DNA from: an uncultured Armatimonadetes bacterium
GTDB lineage: Bacteria > Armatimonadota > Hebobacteria > Hebobacterales > Hebobacteraceae
Assembly: GCA_963716175.1 (NCBI GenBank)
Contig: OY970296.1
Location: forward strand, 160,001-224,000
Reading direction: 5' to 3'
Length of the DNA stretch: 64,000 nt
Shown here: one piece after another, positions 31,331 to 42,194 of the stretch
Layout: each line of letters begins with the position of its first letter
Numbering within the stretch: position 1 is the stretch's first letter
Translations under genes and position numbers: made by a program
The notes under the pieces: generated by a model
Told to the model about the DNA's origin: nothing
The model's database searches: none
The model's input: only the letters and a program-made list of their open reading frames with translations

Positions 31331-33226
31331 GTGACCGCGCGCGCTGTGACCCTCGGGCTGATCCTGACGCCCCTGAATGTCTTCTTCCTCGTGAATGCCA
31401 CCTGGACCGTTGGCGGATTCACCGGTTCGGAGAGCTTGTTCCTCAACACCGTAGCCCTCCTGTTTCTGCTGACACTGCTCAACCAATGGCTCAAGCGTCG
31501 GCGATCCCCTCGGGCCTTCGTCGCCGGCGAGATGCTCACCATCTACTTGATGCTGGGGGTGAGCACTGGTCTGGTGAGCAGCGTCTGGGATCTGGGAGGC
31601 GCGCTTGCCGGCACCATCACCTACCCCTTCTGGTTTGCCACCCGGGAGAACAAGTGGCAGGAGCTGCTCTGGCCGAACCTGCCGGGCTGGCTGACGGTCC
31701 AGGACAGGCAGGTGCTGGAGGGCTTCTACGCGGGCCGCTCGGACGCTTACACCTGGCCCGTGATCAGAGCCTGGGCGGTGCCGGCCTGCTGGTGGGCCGC
31801 CCTGATGGGGACGGTGATGTGGGTCTGCCTCTGCCTCAACTCCATCGTGCGCCGCCGGTGGGCGGACGAGGAGAAGCTGCCCTTCCCCATGACTATGCTC
31901 CCGGTGCAGCTCGCAGAGGAGCGCTCAGGCCTGCTCCGCAACCGGCTGTTCTGGCTGGCCGTAGCCATCTCGGCCGGGATGGGCGTCTGGAACACCCTCA
32001 CCCAGGTAGTGCCGAGCCTGCCCGGAATTCCGCTGGGCTTCGACTATACCAGCTACGTGGAGAACCGCCGGCCCTGGGATTTCATCCGCTACCGGGGCCT
32101 GGAATGGGGACCCTGGTCACTTGGGCTCTGCTACCTCATGCCCCTGGACCTGGCCTTCTCGCTGTTCGTCTTCGATCTGCTGTGGACCGCGGAATACGTG
32201 CTCTCCGGGTACCTCGGCTGGGCAACCAGCCCCTGGTCAGGCTTCCCCTATGGGGAGCAGCAGACCGCCGGGGGGTTCGTGGCCCTGCTGGCGGCCGCTT
32301 TCTGGCTGGACCGCCACTACCTGGTCCAGGTGCTGCGACGGGCCCTAGGGTTAGGGTCAGTGCTGCGTGATGACTCGCAGGAGGCCTTCAGTTACCGGGC
32401 AGCGGTCATCGGGGCGCTGGCTGGGCTGGCCTTCCTCTGGTGGGCACTGGCGCGAGCGGGAATGCCGGCCTGGACGGTGCTGGCCTTTCTCAGCATCTAC
32501 TTCCTCATGTCCCTGGTGATCTCTCGGCTGCGGGCCCAGCTCGGACCGCCCACGCATCAGCTCTACGGGGCTATGGCCAACTGGGTGCTGCCCACTCTGG
32601 CTGGCACCCGGTTGCTCGGCCCCCGCACTCTCGGCATGCTGGCCCTGATGCGGCCCTATCTCCAGGAGCAGCGCAACAACCCTACGCCCTTGCAGCTCGA
32701 GGCCTTGAAGATGGCCGAGGGAGGCCGGATGCAACGCCCCCGCATTGCCCTAGCGCTGGCCCTGGCGGCCCCACTCGCTATGCTCTGCTACTTCTGGGCC
32801 AGTCTCCACATCGGCTATCACCTGGGCCTGGGCACTGGCAACACTCAGGTCTGGCAGCTCGATGTGGCTCGTTGGGGAACCCAGGAGTTGGATGAAGCTC
32901 TCCGTTACCCCTCGGACATGAGCACCTCAGGCGCCCTGGCGATAACCTTTGGCCTGGTCTTCACACTGCTGCTTGCCTTCCTGAAGCTGCGGTTCCAGTG
33001 GTGGCCTCTCCACCCAGTGGCCTACCCGATCGCGATCGCCTCCACTATCCAGTCTATGACCCCGGCGATCCTTGGCACCTGGCTCTTCAAGGCTTTCCTG
33101 CTCCGCTATGGGGGGCTCCGTGCCCACCGCACCGCGCTTCCCTTCTTCCTGGGTCTGCTGGCGGGCGGCGCCGCTGTGGCTTCGCTGGAGCGGCTGCTGT
33201 TCATGGCCCTGGGGCTGAACCTGTAG
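31331..33226 (+). CDS. DUF6785/DUF6784-like permease, paralog 3
   Basis: 631-aa polytopic protein with RRRWADEEKLPFP, GFPYGEQQ, NPTPLQLE, WPLHPVA and LLRYGGLR. Confidence 0.8.
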   Translation: MTARAVTLGLILTPLNVFFLVNATWTVGGFTGSESLFLNTVALLFLLTLLNQWLKRRRSPRAFVAGEMLTIYLMLGVSTGLVSSVWDLGGALAGTITYPFWFATRENKWQELLWPNLPGWLTVQDRQVLEGFYAGRSDAYTWPVIRAWAVPACWWAALMGTVMWVCLCLNSIVRRRWADEEKLPFPMTMLPVQLAEERSGLLRNRLFWLAVAISAGMGVWNTLTQVVPSLPGIPLGFDYTSYVENRRPWDFIRYRGLEWGPWSLGLCYLMPLDLAFSLFVFDLLWTAEYVLSGYLGWATSPWSGFPYGEQQTAGGFVALLAAAFWLDRHYLVQVLRRALGLGSVLRDDSQEAFSYRAAVIGALAGLAFLWWALARAGMPAWTVLAFLSIYFLMSLVISRLRAQLGPPTHQLYGAMANWVLPTLAGTRLLGPRTLGMLALMRPYLQEQRNNPTPLQLEALKMAEGGRMQRPRIALALALAAPLAMLCYFWASLHIGYHLGLGTGNTQVWQLDVARWGTQELDEALRYPSDMSTSGALAITFGLVFTLLLAFLKLRFQWWPLHPVAYPIAIASTIQSMTPAILGTWLFKAFLLRYGGLRAHRTALPFFLGLLAGGAAVASLERLLFMALGLNL

Positions 33227-33557
33227 GCCGGAGCCAGATCGCCTGCCAGCAGGGCCGGTTCTGGCGTCGCTCGCGAGGTGTGTCCAGCCGCACCTACTTG
33301 CGACCGACCCGGCGCGGAGGGCTTGACCAACAGCGAACCAGCTGCTAGCATAGGCACCTCATGAAAGCCACCAGCGGGCAACTCACCATCCTCGTGAACG
33401 GTTCGGGGCTCTATGCCTGGATCGCCCCGCACGCCGTCTCGCTCCTGCCTGCTGGTCTGCTGCTATGAACTAGCTTCTCCTAAGAGACGCAAGCAACCAG
33501 ACCACAGGCAGTCCGAAGGAAGCCTGTGGTCTTCTCTTTTTGGGCCGGAGGGGAACA

Positions 33558-35618
33558 ATGGCGCAGAGATGTCTAGCGACGCATCAGGTCTATCCGAGCG
33601 CGAAGCGGCAGGCCGCGCTCAGCCTCCTGTGCTGGGTGGGGCTGTCTCTGTGCGCCGTTCATCGTCACGCTGGCGCGGCCGAATTCGCGCTGCGAGCGCC
33701 AGTTGCGCCGACGGTCCCCGCCGTCAGGGTGGGCCAGCCGCCCGAGGTTGACGGTCGGCTGGATGACGCCTGCTGGCATTCGGCCACCCACATAGTTGGC
33801 TTCTGGCGGATGGAGAACGACGCCGCCGAGTATGAGCGCACAGAAGCGTGGATCTGCTACGACCGCGATAACATCTATCTGGCCTGGTACTGTCACGATT
33901 CGCAGCCGAACCGAATCGTGGCCCAACAGAAGAAGCGCGGCGGGTCCCTCCAGTCAGATGACTGGGTCGGCATTGATCTTGATGTGGACTTCGACAAGCA
34001 GTCGCCCTACTGGTTCGATGTCTCCGCGGGCGGGTGTCAGGTGGAGAGCATACCAGGGGGCTCGGTCTCGAAGATCGAGTGGCGAGGCGATTGGCGGGCT
34101 GCGACCACGCGAGTCGCGGACGGCTGGCAAGCGGAGATGGCGCTGCCGCTCAGCATCTTCCGGTACCCAAAGGGACAGTCCACGTTCGGGTTCGTGCTCA
34201 TCCGCCGCCTTTCCCGGGAGGACGACTGGAGCGTATGGCCGGCAATCGGGTCCCAGTTCGAACTGACGCGGGAGGCCGCATGGACAGGCCTGGATCTGCC
34301 GACGGCGCGGCGCCGGCCGGTGCTCATGCCCTACGTGCTGGCCGAAGTGGGAGACACCGAAAACCAGGGCTTCACTGCCGGCCTCGACGCCAAGTACCTA
34401 ATGCCGAAGGGCCTCCAGAGCATGTTCTCCTATAACCCGGATTTCCGGGATATCGAGGATGTGGTGGAGACGATTGACTTCACCTACGTCGAACGATACC
34501 TCCCGGAGTACCGGCCGTTCTTCCTGGAGGGGGGCGGCTACCAGCCCGACTCGATGATCTTCTACAGCAGGCGCCTCCACGACTTCGACGCCGGTCTGAA
34601 GGTCTTCGGGAACACCGGCCGGCAGGCGATCGGCGCGCTGGCCACTGGGGAGTTCGGCAATGCCTCTAACCTGGCGCTGAAGGACCGCTACGACATCACG
34701 CCGTGTCATGAGGTGGCCGTTTCCTTCGTGCAGCACCGGGCGCCGGGGGAACCACTGAACCTGGCCTACGGCATTCAAACTGGCCGACGCTCCCCCAAGT
34801 CCGACGGTGAAACCGGCTACTGGCTGAGCTGGATGGGCAGCCAGACAGAGGGCCCAGATGACGACGGATACTATGCGGGCGCGGGCTGGCGTCGGCAGAG
34901 AGCGACCGGACTGAGCTACGACCTAGGATGGGACAACACCTCGACTGACTTTCACCCGGCGCTTGGCTACATGCCGGAAACGGACGTGCATTCCACCTGG
35001 CTGAATCTCAATCACCGGCAGCGCTATGACACAGGGCCTGTGCTGGAGAGGATATGGTTCGGTCAGTTGAGCCAGGGAGCCGCCTCCACTGCTCGGCGCT
35101 GGCATGCCGGCGTGGATCGGTTCGTGAACCGCCGCGATCAGCGCGCGCTGTGGCTTGGCGCGGGGGCGGGCTCTCGCGACGGTTTCGCAGAGTACACTCT
35201 GTCGACAACCGCCGAATGGTGCAATCGCGATATATACCGGAACGGCAGCTTCGCGGTGAGCTACGGAGAGCGCCTGCGTCAGCCCTACCGGTACGCATCG
35301 CTCTCCGCGGGCAGGCAACTCGCGGACCGCTTCTCGGCGCGACTGACGGCCGAGCGCGCCTATTCGAGCGAGCTGAACGAGAATGGGAAGCCGACCCCGC
35401 CGTCATCGCGCCAGCAATACGTGCTGGGGCTGACCTATGATATGACCTGGGAGAAATCGGTCGGCGCGCGGCTCGTCAAGCGAGACGACGGCACGAACTG
35501 GTACATGGCCTATCGCCAGAAGGTGCGCTCCGGCGCGGATGTATGGATGATCGTTGGCGACCCGAACGCGCCGCGGTTCACCCGGCGGCTGGCTGTGAAG
35601 CTAGTGAGAGTATTCTAG
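33558..35618 (+). CDS. CBM9-like domain + DUF5916-like beta-barrel protein (probable outer membrane)
   Basis: P.VDG.LDD..W, YD..N.Y, GW.AEMA.P and NPDF..IE...E.RPFF.EG. Alternating beta-strand pattern and C-terminal Phe. Confidence 0.75.
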   Translation: MAQRCLATHQVYPSAKRQAALSLLCWVGLSLCAVHRHAGAAEFALRAPVAPTVPAVRVGQPPEVDGRLDDACWHSATHIVGFWRMENDAAEYERTEAWICYDRDNIYLAWYCHDSQPNRIVAQQKKRGGSLQSDDWVGIDLDVDFDKQSPYWFDVSAGGCQVESIPGGSVSKIEWRGDWRAATTRVADGWQAEMALPLSIFRYPKGQSTFGFVLIRRLSREDDWSVWPAIGSQFELTREAAWTGLDLPTARRRPVLMPYVLAEVGDTENQGFTAGLDAKYLMPKGLQSMFSYNPDFRDIEDVVETIDFTYVERYLPEYRPFFLEGGGYQPDSMIFYSRRLHDFDAGLKVFGNTGRQAIGALATGEFGNASNLALKDRYDITPCHEVAVSFVQHRAPGEPLNLAYGIQTGRRSPKSDGETGYWLSWMGSQTEGPDDDGYYAGAGWRRQRATGLSYDLGWDNTSTDFHPALGYMPETDVHSTWLNLNHRQRYDTGPVLERIWFGQLSQGAASTARRWHAGVDRFVNRRDQRALWLGAGAGSRDGFAEYTLSTTAEWCNRDIYRNGSFAVSYGERLRQPYRYASLSAGRQLADRFSARLTAERAYSSELNENGKPTPPSSRQQYVLGLTYDMTWEKSVGARLVKRDDGTNWYMAYRQKVRSGADVWMIVGDPNAPRFTRRLAVKLVRVF

Positions 35619-36063
35619 CGCTGGAAGGGGAAGCTGCCCGCGGCGACAAGATACGCGGGGCGGTTCCATCGCCGCTCGACACCCGCAGACCCACCCACTC
35701 CAATCTCAACTCGGCATCCTTCTCCATCCTCGGCCTCGCAGCACAGGGATATGCATGAGAGCCGAGAATACCACGCTGTATTGGGGCTCTCGAAGCCAGA
35801 CGGGTTTTCGGACAGGACGCGCCTCCGGCACCCCGACCGTGCGCGGGCCTCGGGCCCGCAAAAGGTCGAGCGCGGGCATGATCCTGCTGAGGCTGTTGCC
35901 AAGGCTGGCCCCGGCTCTGACAGCGCCAGGTGGCGACCAGTCGCAAAACAGCTCGAACAGCAATCTCACGACACTGATCTGCAGAGAGGTCAGCCAGTGT
36001 GGGCGGTCCTCCTCAAGCTCCTCCCCACTGACGTTCCTGACATCCGGAAAGGATCACCCCCAC

Positions 36064-36167
36064 CTAATGGCGTTCGCACAAAGAAGTAACGTGCGAACGC
36101 CGCTCTGGGGCCGTCTGGGCAGTTGCCTGAGCTTCGCCCCCTTACTTCTTTGGGCGAAGCTCAGTAG
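36064..36167 (-). repeat. Repeat family A copy 3 (diverged, with compensatory changes)
   Basis: Hairpins GGCGTTCGCAC..GTGCGAACGCC and GAGCTTCGCCC..GGGCGAAGCTC; 104 bp. Confidence 0.85.
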
Positions 36168-36331
36168 ATCCCATCGTGCTGCTCAACTTTCAGGATAGTG
36201 GGCCTGTCGTAGACATGCGCCTTGACGTGGATGGGAGTTGACGGGGATAGATAGTGCTCCAGCCGTCTGGCCTTGGTGACGCGATCAACACCCAGATCAA
36301 CTGAGTCGAACCTTCGCATGGCTCACCAATC

Positions 36332-37261
36332 CTAGGAAGGAGCGTCCGGGTACTTCTGGCGGCGGTATTCGGCAGCGAACTCGCTTCCATCATAGGCGAC
36401 TGCAGAGGCCTCGAGTTCCGCCAACATCACCTCGCGGTCTCCCTCTTCCCACGAGAGCTTGGCGGCCAGAGCACAGAGTTCAGGCTCCACCAGATCACCC
36501 ATCGGAACCGGGGCCTCAGGCTGGGTTCTGGCGAGGCAGGGGAGCAGGGCTTCCAGCAGGGCGCGGTAGAGGGCACCCGAGTCCACTATGAACTGTCTCA
36601 CTGTGCGCTCACTGATGATCGTGGCATAGAATGGCAGCCACTCGCCGGTAACTCCCACCGCGATCACGCCCATCCTGCCGTCGCGCCATTTCACCTGAAC
36701 GCGGCGCTGCCGGACGCCGCCCAGGTGGCGAACGCTGACCGCGCCCGGCCCCAGAATGCCGCTCAGCAGAGAGTAGGCGTGTATCCCATAGTTGAACTCA
36801 TCCACCCCGCAGCCGCAGAACACAGTGTGCGGAACGCCGCGCTCATCCTCGGGAGAGGCCAAGTATGCCGCCACTTCTCTGCAGAACCGAAGTGACGACC
36901 CGCCAGTGATGCGCTCGCCTGCATCGGCCAGCCGCTGGAGTTCGCGGATGTCGGCGACGTTCCCGGCGAGCGGCTTGTCCAGGAGCACGGACTTGCGAGC
37001 CTCAAGGAACGGCCGTGCCTTCGCCAGGTGCGTGTCCCAGTCACATCCGTGGACGACGGCGCAGTCTACATCGGCGGCCATAGCGGCGAGCGTGCAGTAG
37101 ACTCGTGGTATCCCGTGTTCCTGCGCGAATCGCTCAGCATACCCGGCTGGATGAACGGAGCCGCCGTCCCACACTCCGACGATCTCGTGACCCAGCTCAC
37201 GCTCGATGGCAATCCAGGCTGCCGGGTGCGAGGTATCAAGATCGACGACGCCGATCCTCAC
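36332..37261 (-). CDS. Gfo/Idh/MocA-like oxidoreductase
   Basis: RIGVVDLDTSH, DKPLA, GGSSLRF and YGIH. GTG start after SD AGGAGG. Confidence 0.85.
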   Translation of the reverse strand: MRIGVVDLDTSHPAAWIAIERELGHEIVGVWDGGSVHPAGYAERFAQEHGIPRVYCTLAAMAADVDCAVVHGCDWDTHLAKARPFLEARKSVLLDKPLAGNVADIRELQRLADAGERITGGSSLRFCREVAAYLASPEDERGVPHTVFCGCGVDEFNYGIHAYSLLSGILGPGAVSVRHLGGVRQRRVQVKWRDGRMGVIAVGVTGEWLPFYATIISERTVRQFIVDSGALYRALLEALLPCLARTQPEAPVPMGDLVEPELCALAAKLSWEEGDREVMLAELEASAVAYDGSEFAAEYRRQKYPDAPS

Positions 37262-38216
37262 TGCTGCCCTCCTACCAGCTCCACTCGTTCCTTGATCTTC
37301 TGGAGGCGTCCACGCCAACGTGCGCGAAGCCTGACGATCTCCTCCGGATGCCGGAATCCCTCAATCCGTCGGTTCGCCGCAGCACATGCAGACGTACGGT
37401 GTAGGTGGGCACGAGCTTCGCGCGCTGGTCTGGTCGTCCTTGCCACTCTCGCCGGGCCGCCGGCCGCAACCCCGGTCTGGACCTGACCGTCGCCTCCTGT
37501 GCTGCCGCATCGTGCCAGCGCCTGCTGCAATGCGCGCAGCACAATTGCACCCGGCTCTTGATTCCGGATTCTTTCCGAAACTCCCCCCGCCGCGCGGTGG
37601 CGTGTGTAGCACGGGTGATGGATAACGTCTCCCCGGGATGGCTGGGCAGGCATGTTGGACCGAGGTTGACCGGGCTCGATTCCGTCTCTGCATGTCAACC
37701 GGCGATGAAGCCACAGGGCGAGGCCGGTGTGGCGCTGCCGGAGTTGGCCGGCATGGCACCCTGGGCCTGCATGCGGGTTGCCAATCCCACATAGGCCCAA
37801 CTGGGATCGGCGCCTGATCGGAAGGCATTGGCTGCCCTCGGCTAAGGAAGACGGCGAAGCGAGGTCGGGACCTCTCCGGGCCGGTTCCAGGAGGCCGTGA
37901 CATGCACCCGCGGCACCACCGCGGTGGAAGCGCAGCCCCGCGTTTCAGCAGGAACGAACTACTGCGAAGCAACCGCGTGCCCCGACGCAGCCCCACCATT
38001 CGCGTGCACGCAACTCGCCTCCCTACTCGGTTCCGCACGGCTCTGCAGTCCAGCATCTGGACCACCTCGTAGACATTCGCGCACACTGCCGCTGCTCGGC
38101 CGTGACCTTCCATCAAGAATCCATACTGGCTCCACAGAGGCGCGAAACTCGGCGGGTATCGTCTTGTAGACGCTAGCATAGAGAGTACACATTGGTCCCA
38201 GTGAGGACAGAAGAGG

Positions 38217-39962
38217 ATGGTGGGAGAGATGTGGAACAGATCGGGTCACACGGTTCGCAGATGCTCCCTCACATCAGTCCTCCTGGCCAGCCTCGCGCTC
38301 CTGCCGTCATTCGCATGGGCAGCCCGCGAAGACCCAAAGGCTGACCGGGGAGAGCACAGGCAGCAGACACAGGCACAGCACGCCGCCCGGGGCCAGCAGA
38401 CGCCGGCTCAGCCGCCGGCGGCAGGCCGGGCCAACGCTTCTCAGCGGCGGGCGAGCGGCAACCTCCTGGTAGCGCCCGCCGCGGCAGCCCCAACGGTTCG
38501 GATCAACAAAGGGAACACTGCCGCGCGAATTCCGTCCCAACCTCGTGGGGCTTCAGCGCTTAGCCAGAGCTCGGTGCCGCGCGCCAACCCCTACCAGAAC
38601 TACCGCCAGCCGGACCAGCGCACCGCAGCGCCGCAAGCTGGCCCGGCCGACCGGCGCATCACCACGCCGGAGCAGCGGCAGGGCAGTCGCTCCGGCCTCC
38701 CCGCCCTCCCGCAGGCCCAACCTCGCAACCAGCCCGCGCCGGCCAGCCCCGATCCTTATGGGCTTCGCCGGACGCCCGCGGGAGTGAGCACGGGGCAGGC
38801 CCGTTCGCTCCGGACGAGCCCGGTCGGGCCTCCGTCCTCCGGCGCGTCGCCAGAGCGACAGCCTTCGGTGGTGCGATCGCCAGAGGAACGCGGAGGCACG
38901 CGGGAGCAGATGCCAACGCCGGTCCGGAAGCCGCAGAGCGGGCAGAGCGCAGTTGCTGACCACGGCGCCGCTGTGAGTCCGACCAAACCGGAAACGGGAG
39001 TGCGGCGCCTAGTAGTGCCGGAGGCGAGTTTCCGTGGTCCCGGGAGCGAATCGAGGGTGCGAATAGTGGCTCCCGAGGAAGGGAAGCGGGTGCCGGCGCG
39101 GCTGCAAGACTGGGTGCGCAAGCAGAACACTCAGACGGGCCGTGCGGACAGCACGCGCCCGCTCGTTGACGTGGTCGGCAACCCCGTGCCCAAAGATGCG
39201 GTGCTGCTGAACCGGAACACGATCAGCAACATCACCATCAACTACACCAGGATCGTCAGCAACTTCGGGACGCCGGGGTTCTCGTATGTGGTGGCCCCGG
39301 GCGCGGTGTGGCGCGGCGGCTTCTTCCAGAACACGCGCCACCACACCGTGGTCGTGCTCAACTTCTTCTACCCGTTCTACTACTCCGACCCGTACTTTGC
39401 AGGGTTCCTCTATCCCGGGTACTACCCGTCTGTCTACGCCTACTTCGGCTGGTGCCCGGGCTGGGTCTACCCGCAGCGGGTCTACTACGCGCCCGCAGAC
39501 TACGTCTACGTCCCGGCGACGCCCTACCGTTACTACGGCAGTGGCTACCGGCTCGACTACACCGGTGCAGAGCGCGCGATCTCGGATGTCCGCAGAGCGT
39601 GGCTGGACAGCGATACTGGGCCGCTGGCCGCTCACCTCACGGACCAGATAGACATCCGAATCTACTTCGACGGGGAGTACAGCTACACGACCACGGCCGA
39701 CGACTTCTACGCCATGACGCTGGATACGCTCTCCACGACCCGGACGCTGGCGGTGGACTTCGCCGATCCGATCTGGATCTCCAGCCAAGAGGTCTTCTAC
39801 ACCGGACGCCAGGTGTTCGATGACCCTGACGGCGAACGGCACACGGTCTATGTGTCGTTCCGGTTCAGGAAGCTCGGCGCCGACTGGTATCTCGTGGCGC
39901 TCGGCACCTCGAGGAATCCCATCGAGCACCAGTACATGGACTTCCGGTACAGCAACAGTTGA
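38217..39962 (+). CDS. Secreted protein with Pro/Arg/Gln-rich disordered N-half, Tyr-rich linker and NTF2-like C-terminal domain
   Basis: Signal peptide ending AWA; low-complexity region; YY/PY-rich stretch; C-terminal domain ending F.F.K.G..W.L. Confidence 0.7.
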   Translation: MVGEMWNRSGHTVRRCSLTSVLLASLALLPSFAWAAREDPKADRGEHRQQTQAQHAARGQQTPAQPPAAGRANASQRRASGNLLVAPAAAAPTVRINKGNTAARIPSQPRGASALSQSSVPRANPYQNYRQPDQRTAAPQAGPADRRITTPEQRQGSRSGLPALPQAQPRNQPAPASPDPYGLRRTPAGVSTGQARSLRTSPVGPPSSGASPERQPSVVRSPEERGGTREQMPTPVRKPQSGQSAVADHGAAVSPTKPETGVRRLVVPEASFRGPGSESRVRIVAPEEGKRVPARLQDWVRKQNTQTGRADSTRPLVDVVGNPVPKDAVLLNRNTISNITINYTRIVSNFGTPGFSYVVAPGAVWRGGFFQNTRHHTVVVLNFFYPFYYSDPYFAGFLYPGYYPSVYAYFGWCPGWVYPQRVYYAPADYVYVPATPYRYYGSGYRLDYTGAERAISDVRRAWLDSDTGPLAAHLTDQIDIRIYFDGEYSYTTTADDFYAMTLDTLSTTRTLAVDFADPIWISSQEVFYTGRQVFDDPDGERHTVYVSFRFRKLGADWYLVALGTSRNPIEHQYMDFRYSNS

Positions 39963-40398
39963 TGCAGGCCGTCGGTCAGTGGCGCCGGACCCGTGTTCTC
40001 TCTAGCAACCCCATCCCGGCGCCCTGATCGGCGGCGCAGGTCCATGGCAGCACGAGCCGCGGGCGTTGAGTAGGGTTGGTGGAAGCCGCCAGATTGCAGG
40101 GGACGCACAGCACGGCCACGGTGGGCCGGCCCGCCGCTCCAGTCAGAGCGGCCACGTGATGCCCTCTTGCCCGTACTGGCATACTCGGATAGCGGCACTC
40201 CCGAGACTGGGGACAAGGTAACGATGCCACCGCTCGCCCTTCCGTTGACACCAGTAAGCCGGCGTTTCGTGGCCCGCATGCAGGGCTCCGCATGAGCCCG
40301 GGGAATCCCACTGCCAGCGACAGGCGCTTCGTCTGAGGCCTGCAGCGCGAGCCGCAGACTGGATCCTCATGCGCCTGGGACAGGGAGATCACCGAAAT

Positions 40399-41706
40399 AT
40401 GAGTTCGGAGCTGCGTGCCGGAGTAGCCAAGATCAGTATCACTCCTCCCGTCGGCATACCCATGGCGGGATACGCCGAGCGGGACCGCCCAAGCGAGGGC
40501 ATTCTCGATCCACTCTATGCCTATGCCATCACCGTCGAGCAGGGGGACACAGCCTGCGGACTCGTGGTGGGTGACCTGATAGGTTTTCCAGCAGAGGTGA
40601 CGGCTGAGATCAGAGGACGGGTCGAGCACCTGTGCGGACTGCCACCGAGCAATGTGTTCGCGTCCGCAACCCACACGCATTGGGGACCCGAGATCAGATT
40701 GGCCCATGTCCCTGATAGACTTGTCGAGACGGTGTCACGAGAGTATCCGGCGGTGTTGAGTCAGCTGGCGGCCAGCGCGCTCGCCGAGGCCTGGAGGAGG
40801 CGCGAGCCTGCGATCGCGCTGTGCGGGACGGGGGAAGCAGACTTGCTCAGCTTCAATCGCCGGCCAGTGGGGCCGGATGGCAAGGCCGTGATGAGCTGGC
40901 AAATGCCCCTGGACAAGGCCATCCTGGCCGCGCGGAGGGGCGCCGAACTGGCCAGCACCTGGGTGCGTGGCGGCGGACCGGGCCAGCGGCTCAGCGAACC
41001 GCTCGACGAATTGGGCGGGCTACGCGCGGGTGTGACTGACCCGACTGTGCCGGTCCTCAAGCTAGTTCGTCCCGACGGGTCGCCGCTGGCGGCTCTGTTC
41101 GCCTTCGCGTGTCACCCCGTATGCGGCGCCGGCTCTGAGGCGTTCTACCTCTACTCATTTGACTACCCGGGCCATGCCCGTCGCGTCCTCGAGACCGTGC
41201 TAGGGTGTCCCGCCATCTTCATGGCTGGGTGCTGCGGCGACCAGGTTCCACTCCGCAGGGATCAGGATGCTCGCAGACGCGTCGGACAGTCGCTCGGTGC
41301 CGAAGTCATCCGGGCATGGGAACTGATGGAGGGAGAGGGCATCGGGCCACTGCGCGTCTCAAGGCGCAGGGTGAGTGTGCCAGGTAGTGGCGCCTCCGCG
41401 AGCGGCGATGGCGTTGGACGGCAGGATCGCGAGGTCGAGTCGTGGTCTATGGCGCTTGGCGACGCCTGGGGCCTGGTTGGCCTCCCTGGCGAAGTGCTCG
41501 TGGAGATCGGACTCCAGATCAGGCAGGGGTCGCCGTTCGGGACTACGGCCGTGGTGGAACTGGGGCTGGATGATCCTGGCTATGTGCCGACTGACGCGGC
41601 CATTGAGGAAGGCGGCTACGAGCCATCGGGCTCGCCCTTCGGCAGGGGCACAGAGGCCGCGCTGGTCGGCGGGGGCCGAGCGGCACTCCGTGACGTGGCC
41701 CCTTGA
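40399..41706 (+). CDS. Neutral/alkaline ceramidase-like amidohydrolase
   Basis: AG.A...ITPP.G..MAGY, ATHTHWGP, NRR, FACHP, G.CGD, PGE...E.G and GY.P...A..EGGYE. Confidence 0.85.
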   Translation: MSSELRAGVAKISITPPVGIPMAGYAERDRPSEGILDPLYAYAITVEQGDTACGLVVGDLIGFPAEVTAEIRGRVEHLCGLPPSNVFASATHTHWGPEIRLAHVPDRLVETVSREYPAVLSQLAASALAEAWRRREPAIALCGTGEADLLSFNRRPVGPDGKAVMSWQMPLDKAILAARRGAELASTWVRGGGPGQRLSEPLDELGGLRAGVTDPTVPVLKLVRPDGSPLAALFAFACHPVCGAGSEAFYLYSFDYPGHARRVLETVLGCPAIFMAGCCGDQVPLRRDQDARRRVGQSLGAEVIRAWELMEGEGIGPLRVSRRRVSVPGSGASASGDGVGRQDREVESWSMALGDAWGLVGLPGEVLVEIGLQIRQGSPFGTTAVVELGLDDPGYVPTDAAIEEGGYEPSGSPFGRGTEAALVGGGRAALRDVAP

Positions 41707-41739
41707 TGCGGCATCGCGAGCCAGCAGCAGGCGAAGCAC

Positions 41740-41843
41740 CTAGAGGGCTCCGCCGAATGAAGTAACACGGCGAAGCTCAAGAAGCGGGCCAGACAGGCGC
41801 AGAGCGGTGTTCGCACATTACTTCCTTCTGCGAACATGATTGG
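41740..41843 (+). repeat. Repeat family A copy 4
   Basis: Same orientation and length as copy 1; abuts family B copy 3. Confidence 0.88.
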
Positions 41844-41971
41844 GGCGCATTTCATAACCTATCTACTGGCTGGCCGCGCCACGCCCTCGCATGAAATGCG
41901 CCTGCCACTGCCTGACGTTGTGCACTGCTGTTTCATAACCTCCCCAGGGGAGGTTATGAAACAGCTTCTAG
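41841..41971 (-). repeat. Repeat family B copy 3
   Basis: Nearly identical to 20311..20441; shares its terminal bases with family A copy 4. Confidence 0.9.
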
Positions 41972-42194
41972 GCACGCGATCAGGGCTCGGCAGTATGCCG
42001 AGCCCTGATCGCCTGATTGAACTGCTGGTAACGTCTGCTCTTGTACCTACCACACTCTGACCATTTCCTATGTGCCTGTGCGTCACCCGGAGGGCCTCTG
42101 TCAACTGCAGGCCGTCCATTGGGCCGATATCGGCGCACGCTTGTCCGCTCCCTCGCGCTCTCGCAGGCTGACGACCACGCGCCATGATCCGGCG

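Noticed and set aside
37320-38200. ORFs 37258..37800 and 37361..38179
   Set aside because: No motifs or clear RBS, and composition is typical of non-coding GC-rich frames.
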